Virus record (IMG/VR): IMGVR_UViG_3300007354_000003
Location: 1 to 44,414 of that record
Strand: one strand, 5' to 3'
DNA length: 44,414 bases
Source of the DNA: a virus
Lineage: Duplodnaviria > Caudoviricetes
Shown: piece after piece, positions 42,851 through 44,414 of the stretch
Layout of the letters: each line of letters starts with the position of its first letter
How positions within the stretch are numbered: position 1 is the first letter of the stretch
The notes under the pieces: model-generated
Database searches by the model: none
What the model saw: only the letters and a program-made list of their open reading frames with translations
What the model was told of the DNA's origin: nothing
Program-made: the position numbers and the translations under genes

Positions 42851-43455
42851 CTGTAGTGGTCCTCCACCTGCTCCGGCCGCTCACGCACCGAAGTCGAGAG
42901 GTCGCGCCGCGCCTGGAAGTAACCTCTCTCCCACGACCGTTCGAACTCCGCCGCCGCCGCCCAGTCCTTGAGCCGCCGCGCTATCTTCCAGCACGCGTAG
43001 GCGACTATCGCGTCGTCGCACGTCGCCGGGAGGTCCGGTTCGTCCGTCGTCGCGGAGAGGCTGGTGGGCGCGCCGTAGTACCAAATCTTGAGGGTCTTCG
43101 ACCCCGCCGAGTCCACGGGGACGAGCCGGAGCCGGTCACCCTCGACGAGGTAGAAGCTCGGCGTGCCCGTGGTGCGCCGCCAGTCGTCGTCCTGCGCGTA
43201 GGCCCACGAGGTCGAGACGGGGTAGAGCCGCGTGTCGTTCCACTCGACGTGCTTGATGGAGAGGAAGTCCGTAGGGAGGACGTACTCGAGTTGGCTCGCG
43301 GCGGTGGTGGTGGAGTACTCCTTCGTGTTCCCCGTGAGCGCGTAGAGCTTCGCGTAGGCCTGGTTTATGAACCGGTCCTTTATCGTCGTGGACGCGGAGG
43401 AGCCTTCTTGGTACTCCTCCTCTATCATCGTGCGGTAAGCCGCAAGGGTGGTCAA
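42844..43455 (-). CDS. Head-tail adaptor protein
   Basis: FINQAY..YVLPTDFL..GTPSFY..LRLVP..DDAIVAYA pattern. Confidence 0.75.
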   Translation of the reverse strand: MTTLAAYRTMIEEEYQEGSSASTTIKDRFINQAYAKLYALTGNTKEYSTTTAASQLEYVLPTDFLSIKHVEWNDTRLYPVSTSWAYAQDDDWRRTTGTPSFYLVEGDRLRLVPVDSAGSKTLKIWYYGAPTSLSATTDEPDLPATCDDAIVAYACWKIARRLKDWAAAAEFERSWERGYFQARRDLSTSVRERPEQVEDHYRW

Positions 43456-43467
43456 ACCTCACCCCTC

Positions 43468-44414
43468 CTAGTAGGGGTCAACGCGGGTCCAGGTGGTGGA
43501 CCCCTTGGCCGTCTCCGTGAACGCCGACGCCGCCTTGGCCGTCTCCGTGAACGCCGACGCCGCCTTCGCCGTCTCGGTCCACGGCGTCCACGGCAGCCAC
43601 GTCAGCGCCACCTTGGCCGCGACCGACGCGGTGGAGGTCATCTTGAGCGCCGTCGCACCCCTGACCGTGGCCGTCGGTTGGGTGTAGACCGCGACCTTGG
43701 CCGAAGCCGTCACCGTGGGTTGGGCGTAGACCGCGACCTTCGCGGTGGCGGTGGGTTGGGTCTTGACCGCAACCTTGGCTGCGACGGTGGTGGTGACGAC
43801 GGTAATCCATGCCAAGTCCGCCGAGAGGTATATCTTGGTCGCCGCCGCCCCCGTGTCGTCCCAGGTGAAAGCGTAGCCGGCGGCCGGCACGTTGGTCTTA
43901 ACGCCGGAAACGGTCGGGTGGAGCGCCCAAATCAGATGGGGGTAATACTGGTCACTGGCTGTATCGGTAAGGCCCGCCTGGGTCTGCCAGGAGGTCGTGC
44001 GCTGCCGGTACTGGATGTTTCTGTAGGCGGTGTTCGTGCCCCAACCAAGACCGTACCAAACCACATGAACGTTGTCGGAAGAATCAATGGCGATAGTGGG
44101 ATAGGCTTGGGTGGCATCCTTATCCGTCACCGCTTCCTGTGTTTGCCAGGAGGTGGTCCGCTTGCGGTACTGGATGTTGTTATAGGCGGTGTTCGTGCCC
44201 CAACCAAGACCGTACCAAACCATATGAACGTTGTCGGAAGAATCAATGGCGAGGGTGGGGACGTACTGATGAGCGTCCTTATCCGTGACAGTTTCTTGAG
44301 TTTGCCAGGCGGTGGTACGCTGCCGGTACTGGATGTTGTTATAGGCGGTGTTCGTGCCCCAACCAAGACCGTGCCAAACCACATGAACGTTGTCGGAAGA
44401 ATCAATGGCGATAG
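43468..44414 (-). CDS. 3' part of the beta-propeller repeat virion protein (starts at 463)
   Basis: 159-bp/53-aa tandem repeats; C-terminal AKVAVxxQPT and TAKAASAFTE repeats. Confidence 0.85.
   Translation of the reverse strand, partial: IAIDSSDNVHVVWHGLGWGTNTAYNNIQYRQRTTAWQTQETVTDKDAHQYVPTLAIDSSDNVHMVWYGLGWGTNTAYNNIQYRKRTTSWQTQEAVTDKDATQAYPTIAIDSSDNVHVVWYGLGWGTNTAYRNIQYRQRTTSWQTQAGLTDTASDQYYPHLIWALHPTVSGVKTNVPAAGYAFTWDDTGAAATKIYLSADLAWITVVTTTVAAKVAVKTQPTATAKVAVYAQPTVTASAKVAVYTQPTATVRGATALKMTSTASVAAKVALTWLPWTPWTETAKAASAFTETAKAASAFTETAKGSTTWTRVDPY

Noticed and set aside
43503-43575. 30-bp tandem repeat as a regulatory or phase-variable element
   Set aside because: In-frame coding repeat (TAKAASAFTE) in a low-complexity C-terminal linker
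44316-44414. 99-bp terminal direct repeat as a biological phage terminus
   Set aside because: The length matches a common assembler k-mer and it lies mid-gene inside a tandem repeat, so it is best read as a circularisation overlap
43930-44414. Diversity-generating retroelement (template/variable repeat pair)
   Set aside because: No reverse transcriptase is visible, the repeats are in-frame tandem coding units, and differences are not confined to adenines

Overview
The window is an apparently complete, circularly assembled genome of a GC-rich temperate tailed phage of about 44.3 kb. Bases 1-99 are identical to 44316-44414, an assembly overlap that falls inside a tandem-repeat gene. The host is probably a high-GC Bacillota member, inferred from a SigH-like sigma factor, an SLH-bearing lysin and a copper-amine-oxidase-N/stalk-type secreted protein. 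Most genes are on the minus strand. They include TerS, a GpA-type TerL, a P22-like portal, scaffold, a major capsid gene split by a group I intron carrying an HNH homing endonuclease, decoration/fibre genes, and podovirus-like adaptor, nozzle and ejection proteins. Further minus-strand genes encode lysis functions, a C5 DNA methyltransferase with an overlapping second frame, ASCH, RNA-ligase-like, SSB and PAPS-reductase-like proteins, a Rad52/Sak recombination and replication module, and a sigma factor. The plus strand carries a cI-like repressor, a XerC/D-like recombinase and a 2.7-kb promoter-to-terminator island of small genes. The most unusual signal is a family of at least four minus-strand non-coding RNA modules closed by the same helix (UGGCUGGCG/CGCCAGCCA). 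Two of them enclose tRNA-shaped RNAs with non-canonical anticodon arms, and the genome also encodes an RNA-ligase-like protein. Other notable items are an ImmA/IrrE-like HExxH protease gene with an in-frame TGA, SigH-type promoters before envelope-protein morons, and two families of repeated leader elements. All protein calls come from recognising motifs by eye; no database searches were run.
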